Shown: positions 1 through 8,456 of the stretch, one piece after another
Layout: the number at the start of each line of letters is the position of its first letter
Position numbering within the stretch: the first letter of the stretch is position 1
Source: a virus
Lineage: Duplodnaviria; Heunggongvirae; Uroviricota; Caudoviricetes
IMG/VR virus record: IMGVR_UViG_2861079508_000002
DNA length: 22,366 nt
Direction: 5' to 3' (one strand)
The notes under the pieces: generated by a model
Seen by the model: only the letters and a program-made list of their open reading frames with translations
Databases searched by the model: none
What the model was told of the DNA's origin: nothing
Made by a program: the position numbers and the translations under genes

Positions 1-228
1 ATGTTCAGGCTTGTTGTCCTGCGCGCGCGTATTGCTCGTGAAATTGCTGTACCCAATAGTGATGTCCGAAAAAACCTCCGTTCTCACATGAAACAGCCAT
101 ATGCAACTGGTAACTGAACAGACTGGTAGACCGTTCGTTCAGTAAATACCTGATATTTTCGCCAACGAGAAATTGCGTTGGCTGGCAGGGTGCAAATTTG
201 CACGATGGACTAACCCATTGATTCTTTC

Positions 229-250
229 GAAAACCCCCATTGGGGGAAAA
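229..250 (-). terminator. weak hairpin (CCCCC-ATT-GGGGG) flanked by A/T runs, about 115 nt downstream of the PerC-like gene
   Basis: Sequence GAAAACCCCCATTGGGGGAAAA at 229-250; on the minus strand the stem is followed by TTTTC. Short stem and short T-run. Confidence 0.3.
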
Positions 251-362
251 GCCTAACTCATTGGTTTTCCCACAATCCTCAATTTGAGGAATGTACCTAA
301 AACCATTTTTATAGCTCCGATCCCTTCAAAGTGAGGGGTAATTTGCCAAAACAGAGAGAGCA

Positions 363-650
363 TTACTGTCTCTGGCAATCTTTATCGCGATAACGCCTGA
401 AGTACCCTCTCGCTTCCTCATCCATACCAAGAGCCGAATGAGTCCGCTTAACTGCCTGTCTTAAATCTCCGAATCTGTCTGTAGTTGCTGGTGGGCGTGC
501 CGCCTTACGGATACATTCAGAGCGTCTGTTTGCTGCATGTTCACGTTCTTTATCGCCATCTGCCAGCATCATGACTTCTGCCCATCGTGCGGCAGCTCTC
601 CGGTATAGCCCTTTTGACTCCAGCTCTTCAGCTTTCCTGTCCCTTATCAT
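363..650 (-). CDS. PerC/Pch-family transcriptional activator-like protein (95 aa)
   Basis: ORF-track ORF; SD-like GAGAGG 5 nt upstream of the ATG. N-terminal LESKGLYRRAAARWAEVMM resembles the conserved PerC-family core as recalled from memory, not searched. Confidence 0.45.
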   Translation of the reverse strand: MIRDRKAEELESKGLYRRAAARWAEVMMLADGDKEREHAANRRSECIRKAARPPATTDRFGDLRQAVKRTHSALGMDEEARGYFRRYRDKDCQRQ

Positions 651-686
651 TTCTGCCTCTCAGATTATATAGATAAGCAAAAAGGT

Positions 687-807
687 GTTGGTTCAGTTGG
701 TTCAGTTGGTTCAATTTGTAAAGATCGTTGTTTTTATTGTGTTTTTTCTGAAATATTGAACCAACATCAACTCATTTTGAACCAACACAGCCCAGCTCTG
801 AACCAAC
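687..807. promoter_or_regulatory. phased 9-mer repeat array: three tandem GTTGGTTCA copies followed by three inverted copies at exact 21-bp spacing
   Basis: GTTGGTTCA at 687-695, 696-704, 705-713; TGAACCAAC at 757-765, 778-786, 799-807. Lies between divergent genes 363-650 (-) and 910-1353 (+). Confidence 0.6.
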
Positions 808-860
808 AACACAGCGATAGCTTTGTGATTGGCCCGTTATTTTCTGGCTGATATTTGAGC

Positions 861-891
861 GTATAACAGTGTTATACAGTGGTATACTGTA
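861..891. promoter_or_regulatory. overlapping inverted repeats with a -10-like TATACT, putative operator/promoter of the RHH gene
   Basis: GTATAAC-AGT-GTTATAC at 861-877 and ATACAGT-GGTAT-ACTGTAT at 873-891; TATACT at 883-888, about 20 nt upstream of the ATG at 910. Confidence 0.4.
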
Positions 892-909
892 TGGATATTA
901 CTCACTGAT

Positions 910-1353
910 ATGGTCTTTGCAATGAGCAAATCTAATCTGGTCGCGTTCCGCATCCCATCTGAATTGCAGGATGAGTTTAATCGGTCTGTTCTCGCTTCTG
1001 GAGGGGATAAAACCTCCTGGCTTGTTGATGCGATTCGCATGAAGCTGGGACAGCCGGAAAAGTCTATTGATTCACGAATGCTTGGGCTGGTGGAGCGCAT
1101 GGAAAAAGCCGCTGCGTCGCTTATTGCCGGAAAGCCGAACATCCCACCAAAGCCATATAACGAAACGGCAGTTATAAAGATCATTGCCGATACCATCCGA
1201 CAGGGATTTGATAATGGGCGTGTGATAGCGGAACGGCTCAATGAAGCAGGCTATCAAACAAAAGCTGGTAAAGCATGGGATAAAGACATTTACAGCGCGT
1301 GGAAGCGTCAGGGAAGCAATGCTGAAAAGTTATCAGTGGCCCTAAGAATGTAG
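910..1353 (+). CDS. ribbon-helix-helix (Arc/Mnt/CopG-like) DNA-binding protein with C-terminal extension (147 aa; alternative ATG at 922)
   Basis: N-terminal SNLVAFRIPSELQDEFNRSVLASGGDKTSWLVDAIRMKL fits a beta-strand/helix/helix RHH pattern like Arc/Mnt; adjacent repeat array fits RHH operators. No clear SD. Confidence 0.5.
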   Translation: MVFAMSKSNLVAFRIPSELQDEFNRSVLASGGDKTSWLVDAIRMKLGQPEKSIDSRMLGLVERMEKAAASLIAGKPNIPPKPYNETAVIKIIADTIRQGFDNGRVIAERLNEAGYQTKAGKAWDKDIYSAWKRQGSNAEKLSVALRM

Positions 1354-1369
1354 CCCTATATTTTGATTT

Positions 1370-1747
1370 TTAGACGTGCTTGGAGAACAGGTAGCGTGCC
1401 ATCACTAAAACAATGCCAAAGACTTCAGCGAGGGTTCCCCCCATAAATAGGTTTATAACGAAATCACTAAAATGGAGCAGTTTTGCTCCAATAAGGACAA
1501 AAATCCCATTCATAACTAATAGCTGGCCTATCAGAATGCCGATAAACCACCGAGCAAACATTTTTTTCAGTTTTGTGTCTGTTTTTAAATCTTTTGTTTT
1601 TGCACGCTGATGGGCTTTGGCTGGATCCTCATCATTTAGATGTGTGAGGGTTTTTGCTGATGGTGATGAGCCAGAGGCTGGTTCACCTCTGGCTTGTCTT
1701 GCCGCTTGCTTTAGTTTTTCAGATATAGCGTAAGATCTAGACGTCAT
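1370..1747 (-). CDS. small membrane protein, basic hydrophilic N-terminus and two predicted C-terminal TM helices (125 aa)
   Basis: ATG at 1745-1747 lies 3 nt after the TGA of the upstream ImmA-like gene (translational coupling). Hydrophobic segments FIGILIGQLLVMNGIFVLIGA and LFMGGTLAEVFGIVLVMA. AT-rich. Confidence 0.5.
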   Translation of the reverse strand: MTSRSYAISEKLKQAARQARGEPASGSSPSAKTLTHLNDEDPAKAHQRAKTKDLKTDTKLKKMFARWFIGILIGQLLVMNGIFVLIGAKLLHFSDFVINLFMGGTLAEVFGIVLVMARYLFSKHV

Positions 1748-1750
1748 TAC

Positions 1751-2233
1751 TCATCGAAGCCCTAAATTCTTTAGGCGATAACGTATAGCATCATCGGATA
1801 CACCAAAATAGGAAGCCATCATTACTGGTGCATATCCTGCATTGTTGAGGCGTCGAACCTCTTTTTCTGGCATGAGAAGACATGCTGCAAAGTTATTGGC
1901 GAATATTTCTTCGCTGTCTACACCTTGGCTTGCCAGTTTTCCGCGGTAATCAACAAACTCATATTCAAGTGGCTGACCGTTCTCAGTTCGTTTGACGTAA
2001 TGCCCTAACTCATGCGCACACGTAAATCGTTTGCGCACGTTACTATCATTACGATTGAGTATGATTACTGGATCTTGTTCTGGCTCTTTCAGCAATGCGC
2101 CTGAAACATCATCATCAAGCGTGGTTTCAACAACATCCAACCCTAACTCATTGGCAATCCATACTGGATCAACCGGGAATTTCCTATCGCCCCAGATATC
2201 TTTCAAGAGGGCATGTGCAGATGTATTCGACAT
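1751..2233 (-). CDS. ImmA/IrrE-family (COG2856-like) zinc metallopeptidase (160 aa from the ATG)
   Basis: HEXXH motif in CAHELGHY, with a downstream acidic stretch typical of this family. The ORF-track start at 2239 is GTG; the ATG at 2231-2233 has GGAGG 5 nt upstream and is preferred. Confidence 0.7.
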   Translation of the reverse strand: MSNTSAHALLKDIWGDRKFPVDPVWIANELGLDVVETTLDDDVSGALLKEPEQDPVIILNRNDSNVRKRFTCAHELGHYVKRTENGQPLEYEFVDYRGKLASQGVDSEEIFANNFAACLLMPEKEVRRLNNAGYAPVMMASYFGVSDDAIRYRLKNLGLR

Positions 2234-2927
2234 GTTCACCTCCTTTGATTATGGTTAAATAGTCGAAATTTTCACCACTTCCCTTGTGGATATATTTACA
2301 TATAAAAGGTAACTAGTCACTAACCAACACAAATCTTTTTGAAGACAGATGGGGGGTGTTGAACGGTTTTTAAATGATTTCTTTGATTTTTAACAGCAAT
2401 AAGGAGCATTTTTAATGAAATTAGACGTTGATAATAACTTTTTGAGCAATCTTTACATATCATGGTAGCCTTCTATGCTGTTTTTCCAACTAAAAGATTG
2501 GCACATTTATCCGCTGGTAGTGGCGTTTTTTCGCCGCCAGCGCCTCTCTGGTTCCATTCCTTACATCTGTTCAAATTCAGCAACCCTTGCCGCGATCTTG
2601 CCGTTATCGAGAAGCTCTTTCGCTTTTCGGTTAATACTATCGGTCTTCATATTGCCAGCAGCATACGCCATCCGATAATTTCGATGCTACGCGCGCGTAC
2701 TTGTCGCAAAATATCAGGCAAAGGCCAGATTCAGAAAGTCGTGATAACCACCAGCACAACATGAGAGGTCATGTAACGCGATTTATCACACCAGATACAT
2801 GTGATTGGTGTACCCGCATAAAACATCGTCATAGCGCGTCCTGTGCGCATATACGCCGATAATCAACACATCACCACCACTCTGTCTTATGTAGAGAACA
2901 GTTTTATGGTGCTCCCCGCCATCGTGT

Positions 2928-2991
2928 GCGTACTGGTCGGACGCAGTTGCAAAAAATTTTGCAACTGATACCCCTCGCGCGCGTACTGGTC
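2928..2991. repeat. 11-bp inverted repeat CAGTTGCAAAA-aa-TTTTGCAACTG flanked by direct repeats GCGTACTGGTC
   Basis: Inverted repeat at 2944-2967; GCGTACTGGTC at 2928-2938 and 2981-2991; related GCGTACTTGTC at 2695-2705 and GCGTACTGTAA at 3061-3071. No convincing ORF with an SD covers the region. Confidence 0.5.
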
Positions 2992-3182
2992 ACGAAATTG
3001 GTGTTTTGCTGTGGCAGTGATATCAGAAAAATCTTCCTGTTTCACATAAAGCGGATATGCGCGTACTGTAACGACCCCATCAACGGGGATCGGATTTGAA
3101 ATCCCGACCCAAGCTATGTACCAAATGCCATGTCTTGGATATATGATGATTGCCATTCTAAACAACGCTAAAGGGGGTTGGT

Positions 3183-3797
3183 GTGAGCAGAAAAGATACT
3201 AAAGAATTGCTAACTATCTGCATGGTGTACTTTTCAATTTATTTTTGTGCATACATGATAGTCCCAGACGAGTTTGAACATGGCAGTATTATTTATTCCA
3301 TAACATTCTATTTTTTAGAGCTAACACCAATTTTGGCTATCCTTTTGGCAATACATATTTATTTTTCCTTAAAAAAAGAATCGACTAATTGGGAGAAGGT
3401 ATGGAGAGACAGAGGATTTCTAACATCACCTAAAGATGATGCATATGAGAGTGATTTTTCTGACTTTATAACAAACTACTACTCCAGCGAACAATTCAAA
3501 AATAGACTGTCTGATGTTTGGGAAACAGCAATGTATTCCATAGGGATTACATTATTGATACTTACTGGTATTGCTCAATATGTTTTTAACATTGACTTAT
3601 CATTAAATCCTGAAAATTTAATATCGCCATTGATTTTTGGTGAGATATTGATCTTCTCATTCGGAATTTTCTTGAGTGTTGTTCTCTGCTCATTATGCAA
3701 ACTACTGACTAACAGGTATCCAGGTGAAGCAAGGAGAGCAAGAAAGGCAAATCCATATTATCTTTTATTTCCTAATGGAGACAGCAGAGATATCTAA
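3183..3797 (+). CDS. AT-rich predicted four-TM inner-membrane protein (204 aa, GTG start)
   Basis: GGGGG SD 5 nt upstream of GTG at 3183. Four hydrophobic segments (about residues 10-28, 36-61, 116-135, 148-176). Markedly lower GC than flanking DNA; convergent with the ejection-like operon. Confidence 0.55.
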   Translation: MSRKDTKELLTICMVYFSIYFCAYMIVPDEFEHGSIIYSITFYFLELTPILAILLAIHIYFSLKKESTNWEKVWRDRGFLTSPKDDAYESDFSDFITNYYSSEQFKNRLSDVWETAMYSIGITLLILTGIAQYVFNIDLSLNPENLISPLIFGEILIFSFGIFLSVVLCSLCKLLTNRYPGEARRARKANPYYLLFPNGDSRDI

Positions 3798-3816
3798 GCC
3801 ATCCATGGCTAACCAG

Positions 3817-4159
3817 TTATTGAGCTTCTTTTTGTGATGCCTGTGCGACTCTGGTGAGCGATTGTGTGACCGTACTGATCGCTCTGTCATATGCTGTGCT
3901 ACCTTTTGGCGTATTTGCCAGACGTAACAAGGCATTTCGTATAACAGGGCTTTCGTATGCCTTCGCTGCTCCGCCTACGGCACCAGCAGCAGGAACAACA
4001 AACGCAGCCGTTTTTAGCATCCCCGCTAATACTGCTGCGTTTATGATGCCACCACCAACTAACAATCCATAAAGCTGCTGACCATTTAAGTTTTGAACGT
4101 TCGCTTTTGCCGCGTGTCTTGTATCGTTGAGGTATTTAATAACGCCGTCCAGTTCCTTT
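3817..4159 (-). pseudogene. 3' fragment (about 111 codons) of the gene split by the IS66-family insertion
   Basis: ORF-track ORF 3817..4191 runs into the IS; its first 11 codons are IS-derived. Frame is continuous with 6686..8456 once the IS and one TSD copy are removed. Confidence 0.75.
4152..4159. repeat. 8-bp target-site duplication GTTCCTTT, left copy
   Basis: Identical octamer abuts both IS ends (4152-4159 and 6686-6693). Confidence 0.8.
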
Positions 4160-4244
4160 GTAAGCGTAAACCGACCGCCGTATGTAGCCATTAGACAAGA
4201 ATTGGTAACTTAGACGCCCATCTGACACAGACGGACATCTAAGT

Positions 4245-4664
4245 ATGGAATTACAGGACTGGCGAAAAGAACCTCGTAAAAAGTATTCGAATGAATTCAA
4301 ACTTCGTATGGTTGAACTGGCATCACAACCCGGTGCTTGTGTGGCCCAGATTGCTCGAGAAAATGGCGTCAATGATAATGTTATTTTCAAATGGCTCAGA
4401 CTCTGGCAAAACGAAGGGCGTATATCGCGGCGTCTTCCGGTAACAACCTCTTCTGACACTGGCGTTGAATTATTACCAGTGGAGATAACGCCGGATGAGC
4501 CGAAAGAACCGGTGGCTGCTCTTACTCCGTCTTTATCCACCCAGACTACTGTCAGTGCCAGCTCCTGCAAGGTGGAGTTCCGTCACGGTAACATGACGCT
4601 GGAAAATCCTTCACCAGAGCTGCTCACTGTGTTGATCCGTGAACTGACCGGGAGGGGACGATGA
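4245..4664 (+). CDS. tnpA: IS66-family accessory protein TnpA (Orf1), 139 aa
   Basis: First ORF of the IS; overlaps the next ORF by 4 nt; size and position typical of IS66 orf1. Confidence 0.85.
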   Translation: MELQDWRKEPRKKYSNEFKLRMVELASQPGACVAQIARENGVNDNVIFKWLRLWQNEGRISRRLPVTTSSDTGVELLPVEITPDEPKEPVAALTPSLSTQTTVSASSCKVEFRHGNMTLENPSPELLTVLIRELTGRGR

Positions 4665-5011
4665 TCTCACTCCCGTCAGGCACCCGCATCTGGCTCGTTG
4701 CCGGCGTTACCGATATGCGTAAATCCTTCAACGGACTGGGAGAACAGGTACAGCATGTGCTGAATGATAATCCCTTCTCCGGTCACCTGTTCATCTTCCG
4801 TGGCCGACGGGGTGACACGATTAAAATCCTGTGGGCTGATGCTGATGGTCTGTGCCTGTTCACCAAACGCCTGGAGGAAGGCCAGTTTATCTGGCCTGCG
4901 GTACGTGACGGCAAGGTATCCATTACCCGTTCGCAACTGGCAATGCTCCTCGATAAGCTGGACTGGCGTCAGCCAAAAACATCCCGTCTTAACGCACTGA
5001 CAATGTTGTAA
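4661..5011 (+). CDS. tnpB: IS66-family TnpB (Orf2), 116 aa
   Basis: Second ORF, ATGA overlap with orf1; size and sequence character typical of IS66 Orf2 (recalled). Confidence 0.85.
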   Translation: MISLPSGTRIWLVAGVTDMRKSFNGLGEQVQHVLNDNPFSGHLFIFRGRRGDTIKILWADADGLCLFTKRLEEGQFIWPAVRDGKVSITRSQLAMLLDKLDWRQPKTSRLNALTML

Positions 5012-5041
5012 AAATGTCATGGCCGGATTATAAAAACGGTC

Positions 5042-6655
5042 ATGAGTCAGAAATACCTCATTCGGATCACTGAGCTGGAAAGGTTGCTCTCTGAGCAGGC
5101 TGAAGCCCTCCGTCAGAAAGACCAACAACTGAGTCTGGTTGAAGAGACGGAGGTCTTCCTGCGTTCTGCGCTGGCACGTGCCGAAGAAAAGATCGAAGAA
5201 GATGAGCGGGAAATAGAGCATCTGCGGGCCCAGGTGGAAAAACTGCGCCGGATGCTGTTCGGTACCCGTTCTGAAAAACTGCGTCGTGAAGTTGAACAGG
5301 CTGAAGCCCTGCTGAAACGACGCGAACAGAACAGCGATCGTTACAGCGGGCGTGAGGATGACCCGCAGGTTCCCCGCCAGTTGCGACAGTCGCGTCATCG
5401 TCGCCCGTTACCGGCGCATCTGCCCCGCGAAATAAACCGCCTGGAGCCAGAAGAAAGCTGTTGCCCGGAGTGTGGTGGTGAGCTGGATTATCTGGGGGAA
5501 GTCAGCGCAGAACAACTGGAACTGGTGAGCAGCGCCCTGAAAGTGATCCGCACAGAACGGGTAAAAAAAGCCTGTACAAAATGTGACTGCATCGTTGAAG
5601 CACCGGCACCGTCCCGTCCGATAGCGCGTGGTGTCGCGGGCCCGGGGTTACTTGCCCGCGTGTTAACGGGAAAATACTGCGAACACCTGCCACTGTATCG
5701 TCAGAGTGAAATCTTTGCCCGTCAGGGTGTCGAACTGAGCCGTGCGTTACTCTCCAACTGGGTTGACGCGTGCTGCCAGTTAATGACGCCGCTGAATGAT
5801 GCCCTGTACCGTTACGTGATGAACACCCGCAAGGTTCACACTGATGACACACCAGTAAAAGTGCTGGCACCGGGCAGGAAGAAGGCGAAAACAGGATATA
5901 TCTGGACGTATGTCCGGGATGACAGGAATGCCGGTTCGCCAGAGCCTCCGGCGGTCTGGTTCGCCTACTCACCGGATCATCAGGGGAAACATCCGGAGCA
6001 GCACCTTCGTCCCTTCCGGGGTATCCTGCAGGCAGATGCGTTTAATGGCTACGATCGGCTGTTCAGTGCCGGACGTGAAGGCGGCGCGTTGACGGAAGCA
6101 GGATGCTGGGCTCATGCGCGACGTAAAATCCACGATGTATATATCAGTACCAAAAGCGCGACAGCGGAAGAAGCCCTGAAACTAATCGGTGAACTGTACG
6201 CCATCGAGCACGATATACGCGGGTTACCGGTGTCTGAACGCCTGGCGGTCAGGCAAATGCAGAGTAGACCGCTCCTGACTTCCCTGTATAAGCTGATGCA
6301 GGAGAAAGAACACACGTTATCGAAGAAATGTCGTCTGGGAGATGCGTTCCGGTATATCCGGAAGCACTGGGCTGCGTTGTGCAACTTCTGTGATGATGGC
6401 CTGGCTGAGGTAGATAATAATGCCGCAGAAAGAGCGCTTCGTGCAGTCTGTCTCGGGAAGAAAAATTATGTGTTCTTCGGCAGCGATCACGGTGGCGAGC
6501 GTGGAGCACTGTTGTACGGGCTGATCGGCACCTGCCGACTGAACGGTATAGATCCGGAAGCGTATCTGCGCCATATCCTGGGTGTACTGCCGGAATGGCC
6601 TTCCAACCGTGTTGACGAGCTCCTGCCATGGAACGTAGCACTCACCAATAAATAA
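5042..6655 (+). CDS. tnpC: IS66-family transposase TnpC (Orf3), 537 aa
   Basis: Large third ORF with N-terminal coiled-coil-like region, Cys cluster CPECGG...CTKCDC and a long catalytic domain; ends 30 nt before the right IR. Confidence 0.9.
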   Translation: MSQKYLIRITELERLLSEQAEALRQKDQQLSLVEETEVFLRSALARAEEKIEEDEREIEHLRAQVEKLRRMLFGTRSEKLRREVEQAEALLKRREQNSDRYSGREDDPQVPRQLRQSRHRRPLPAHLPREINRLEPEESCCPECGGELDYLGEVSAEQLELVSSALKVIRTERVKKACTKCDCIVEAPAPSRPIARGVAGPGLLARVLTGKYCEHLPLYRQSEIFARQGVELSRALLSNWVDACCQLMTPLNDALYRYVMNTRKVHTDDTPVKVLAPGRKKAKTGYIWTYVRDDRNAGSPEPPAVWFAYSPDHQGKHPEQHLRPFRGILQADAFNGYDRLFSAGREGGALTEAGCWAHARRKIHDVYISTKSATAEEALKLIGELYAIEHDIRGLPVSERLAVRQMQSRPLLTSLYKLMQEKEHTLSKKCRLGDAFRYIRKHWAALCNFCDDGLAEVDNNAAERALRAVCLGKKNYVFFGSDHGGERGALLYGLIGTCRLNGIDPEAYLRHILGVLPEWPSNRVDELLPWNVALTNK

Positions 6656-6685
6656 GTATCAATACGGCACTCCGTTAACGCTTAC

Positions 6686-6693
6686 GTTCCTTT
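6686..6693. repeat. 8-bp target-site duplication GTTCCTTT, right copy
   Basis: Identical to 4152-4159. Confidence 0.8.
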
Positions 6694-8456
6694 CCATGTA
6701 CGCCTTTAAAGAAAGTTGCTGATTGCTTCCTGTTCCGGTGTAACGCATTAATAAACTTCTCAACACTGATATTTCCAGACGGATCAGTCGCCTTATCTAC
6801 AGCATTCTGAACTATGGCTGCTCGTGCGTTTTGCCTACCATTGTCATCCAGAAGCCTGTAAAGCTGAGAACGTTCTGATGGGCTTTGGCTAAAAACGAGT
6901 TTTGTTACATCCTCAGGCGTGGCCTTGCCGCTGGCTATTGCCTTTTGAACGCGCGTTCTTCCCATCATGTCATTGAATTTAGACCATGAGCGATCAACCC
7001 TTGCCATATTAATGGCTTCGTCTGCTCCAAGATTTTTGGCTACGGCTTTTTTCATATCCGCCGTATATGCCTTATAGATAATATCGCTGGCTTTCTGGAG
7101 CGTATCTTTATCAACAGTGTCAGATGACGCCATAAATCGCTTTCGAAGATCGGTTCTGTTTTCCCTCGCCAGACGCAGGTCATTTGGTCCGCTGGTGATA
7201 TCGTCTTTAAATTGCTGCAAGACTTTTACCGCGGCTCTATCCTGAGATTTACCCGGGCGGCTTAACACGGCAATCTGATTGTCGATAGCTTTTACCGTGT
7301 TTGAGAGATCGACAGGGGTATCCCCCATAGCGTCAATTATGCGGTTATATCGCTTTCCTGCTGCCTCAATGAATTTTTGTTGCCCTTTAGTCGCAGATTC
7401 ATAAAGCTGTTTATCAGAAATGCCACCCAGACCATCGCTAAATGTTCTGACTAAATTTTCTCGTGCTTGTTGTTGATTCAGCCGATTCTTACCGGTTCCA
7501 AAAAAAGGAACTCTTTCGCCTAATGTCTGAGCCTGACTCTGCATAAAGGTTTTATCTTTCAGCATGTCACTGGTCATTAACGGCAGATTTCTTTCCGATG
7601 CAAAGTCGACAGCAGCCTTTGCTTCAGGCGACATATCACCACGAACAGCCCTCGAAACCGCACTCGCTGTATTTTCCAGCCCCTTACCAATACCACCAAT
7701 GCCAGCAGAAATTACCGTTTGTAACGGATCAATATCTTCTCCACCAGCGAGGCTGGTGGCTCCCTGTAGTGCTAAATCTGTAGCTGCTGATTTCCCTATG
7801 GCCCCCAGCACCGTTCCGGCCCTGCCCGCTGGTGTAAACGCCAGCGCATTAGCCAGAAACGATGCCACGTCTTGCGGCGATAAACCCGGCTTGTTCAGAG
7901 CATAATCACCGGATGGCAGGGAAACGATAGTGTTACCCTTCTCATCCTGCCTTAATTTCGCTCCCATGCTCTGAAGAATCTTTTCCTGAGATGCGTCAGA
8001 GCCGAAAAGTTGAGACCATCGAGCTTTTAGAGCATCCATGCTGAGTGAGGTTAACTCTGGGGCAAGGTCGACATTTTGCAGTCTCTCCATCTCTGGAGTC
8101 ATTCGGCTTTCGCCTGTTATAGCATCGCGCATCGCAGCCCCAAGGCTGGCTCCCTGTTCTGCTGAACGCTCAAGCCCCTCTCTTTGCTGAGTAGCTAACT
8201 TTGCATACCCTGACGCAAGAGAATTATCAGATGATGTATGTTGAATATTTTGAGTTGCTGATTGGGATCGGTCTATTTCATTCGTTGATGGTAGTGGATA
8301 GGCAGCATAAAAAGCCTGCTTAGCCTGCTCTACACTTTCTCCGGCTTGCGGGGCCACGACTTCATTGAAGTATTGCTCCTGAGCCTGCGCTTTTTGTTCT
8401 GGTGCTAACGCCTGATACTGTGGAGAGGCGATAACATCTTTCCATGCTTTAGCCAT
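6686..8456 (-). pseudogene. 5' fragment (about 590 codons) of the IS-disrupted gene; large Gln/Ala-rich virion/ejection-like protein (P22 gp16-position)
   Basis: ORF-track ORF 6675..8456; its last 3 codons and stop are IS sequence. Start overlaps the upstream stop as TAATG at 8454-8458. Confidence 0.7.

Larger units (their letters stand above)
4160..6685 (+). mobile_element. IS66-family insertion sequence (2526 bp) with imperfect terminal inverted repeats beginning GTAAGCG
   Basis: Left end GTAAGCGTAAACCGACCGCCGTATG; reverse complement of right end GTAAGCGTTAACGGAGTGCCGTAT (about 19/24 matching). Three co-oriented ORFs in the canonical IS66 order; 8-bp TSD. Confidence 0.9.

Noticed and set aside
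1-117. Open frame from the window edge (38 codons ending TGA at 115-117) as the 3' end of a truncated gene
   Set aside because: No start, no recognisable motif and too short to assess; cannot be supported from this window alone.
2415-2468. 17-codon ORF (MKLDVDNNFLSNLYISW) with a good AAGGAG SD
   Set aside because: Too short and unconserved to call; may be a leader peptide, but there is no supporting evidence in the sequence.
2690-3130. Possible CRISPR array or tRNA-like element, given the repeats and a GGATTTGAAATCC motif
   Set aside because: Repeats are irregularly spaced without unique spacers of uniform length. No cloverleaf with acceptor stem could be drawn; the T-loop-like motif is a simple palindrome.
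4160-4191. The annotated start of ORF 3817..4191 (MATYGGRFTLT...)
   Set aside because: The first 11 codons are encoded by the IS left end; the native gene continues from the upstream fragment, so this is not a genuine start.
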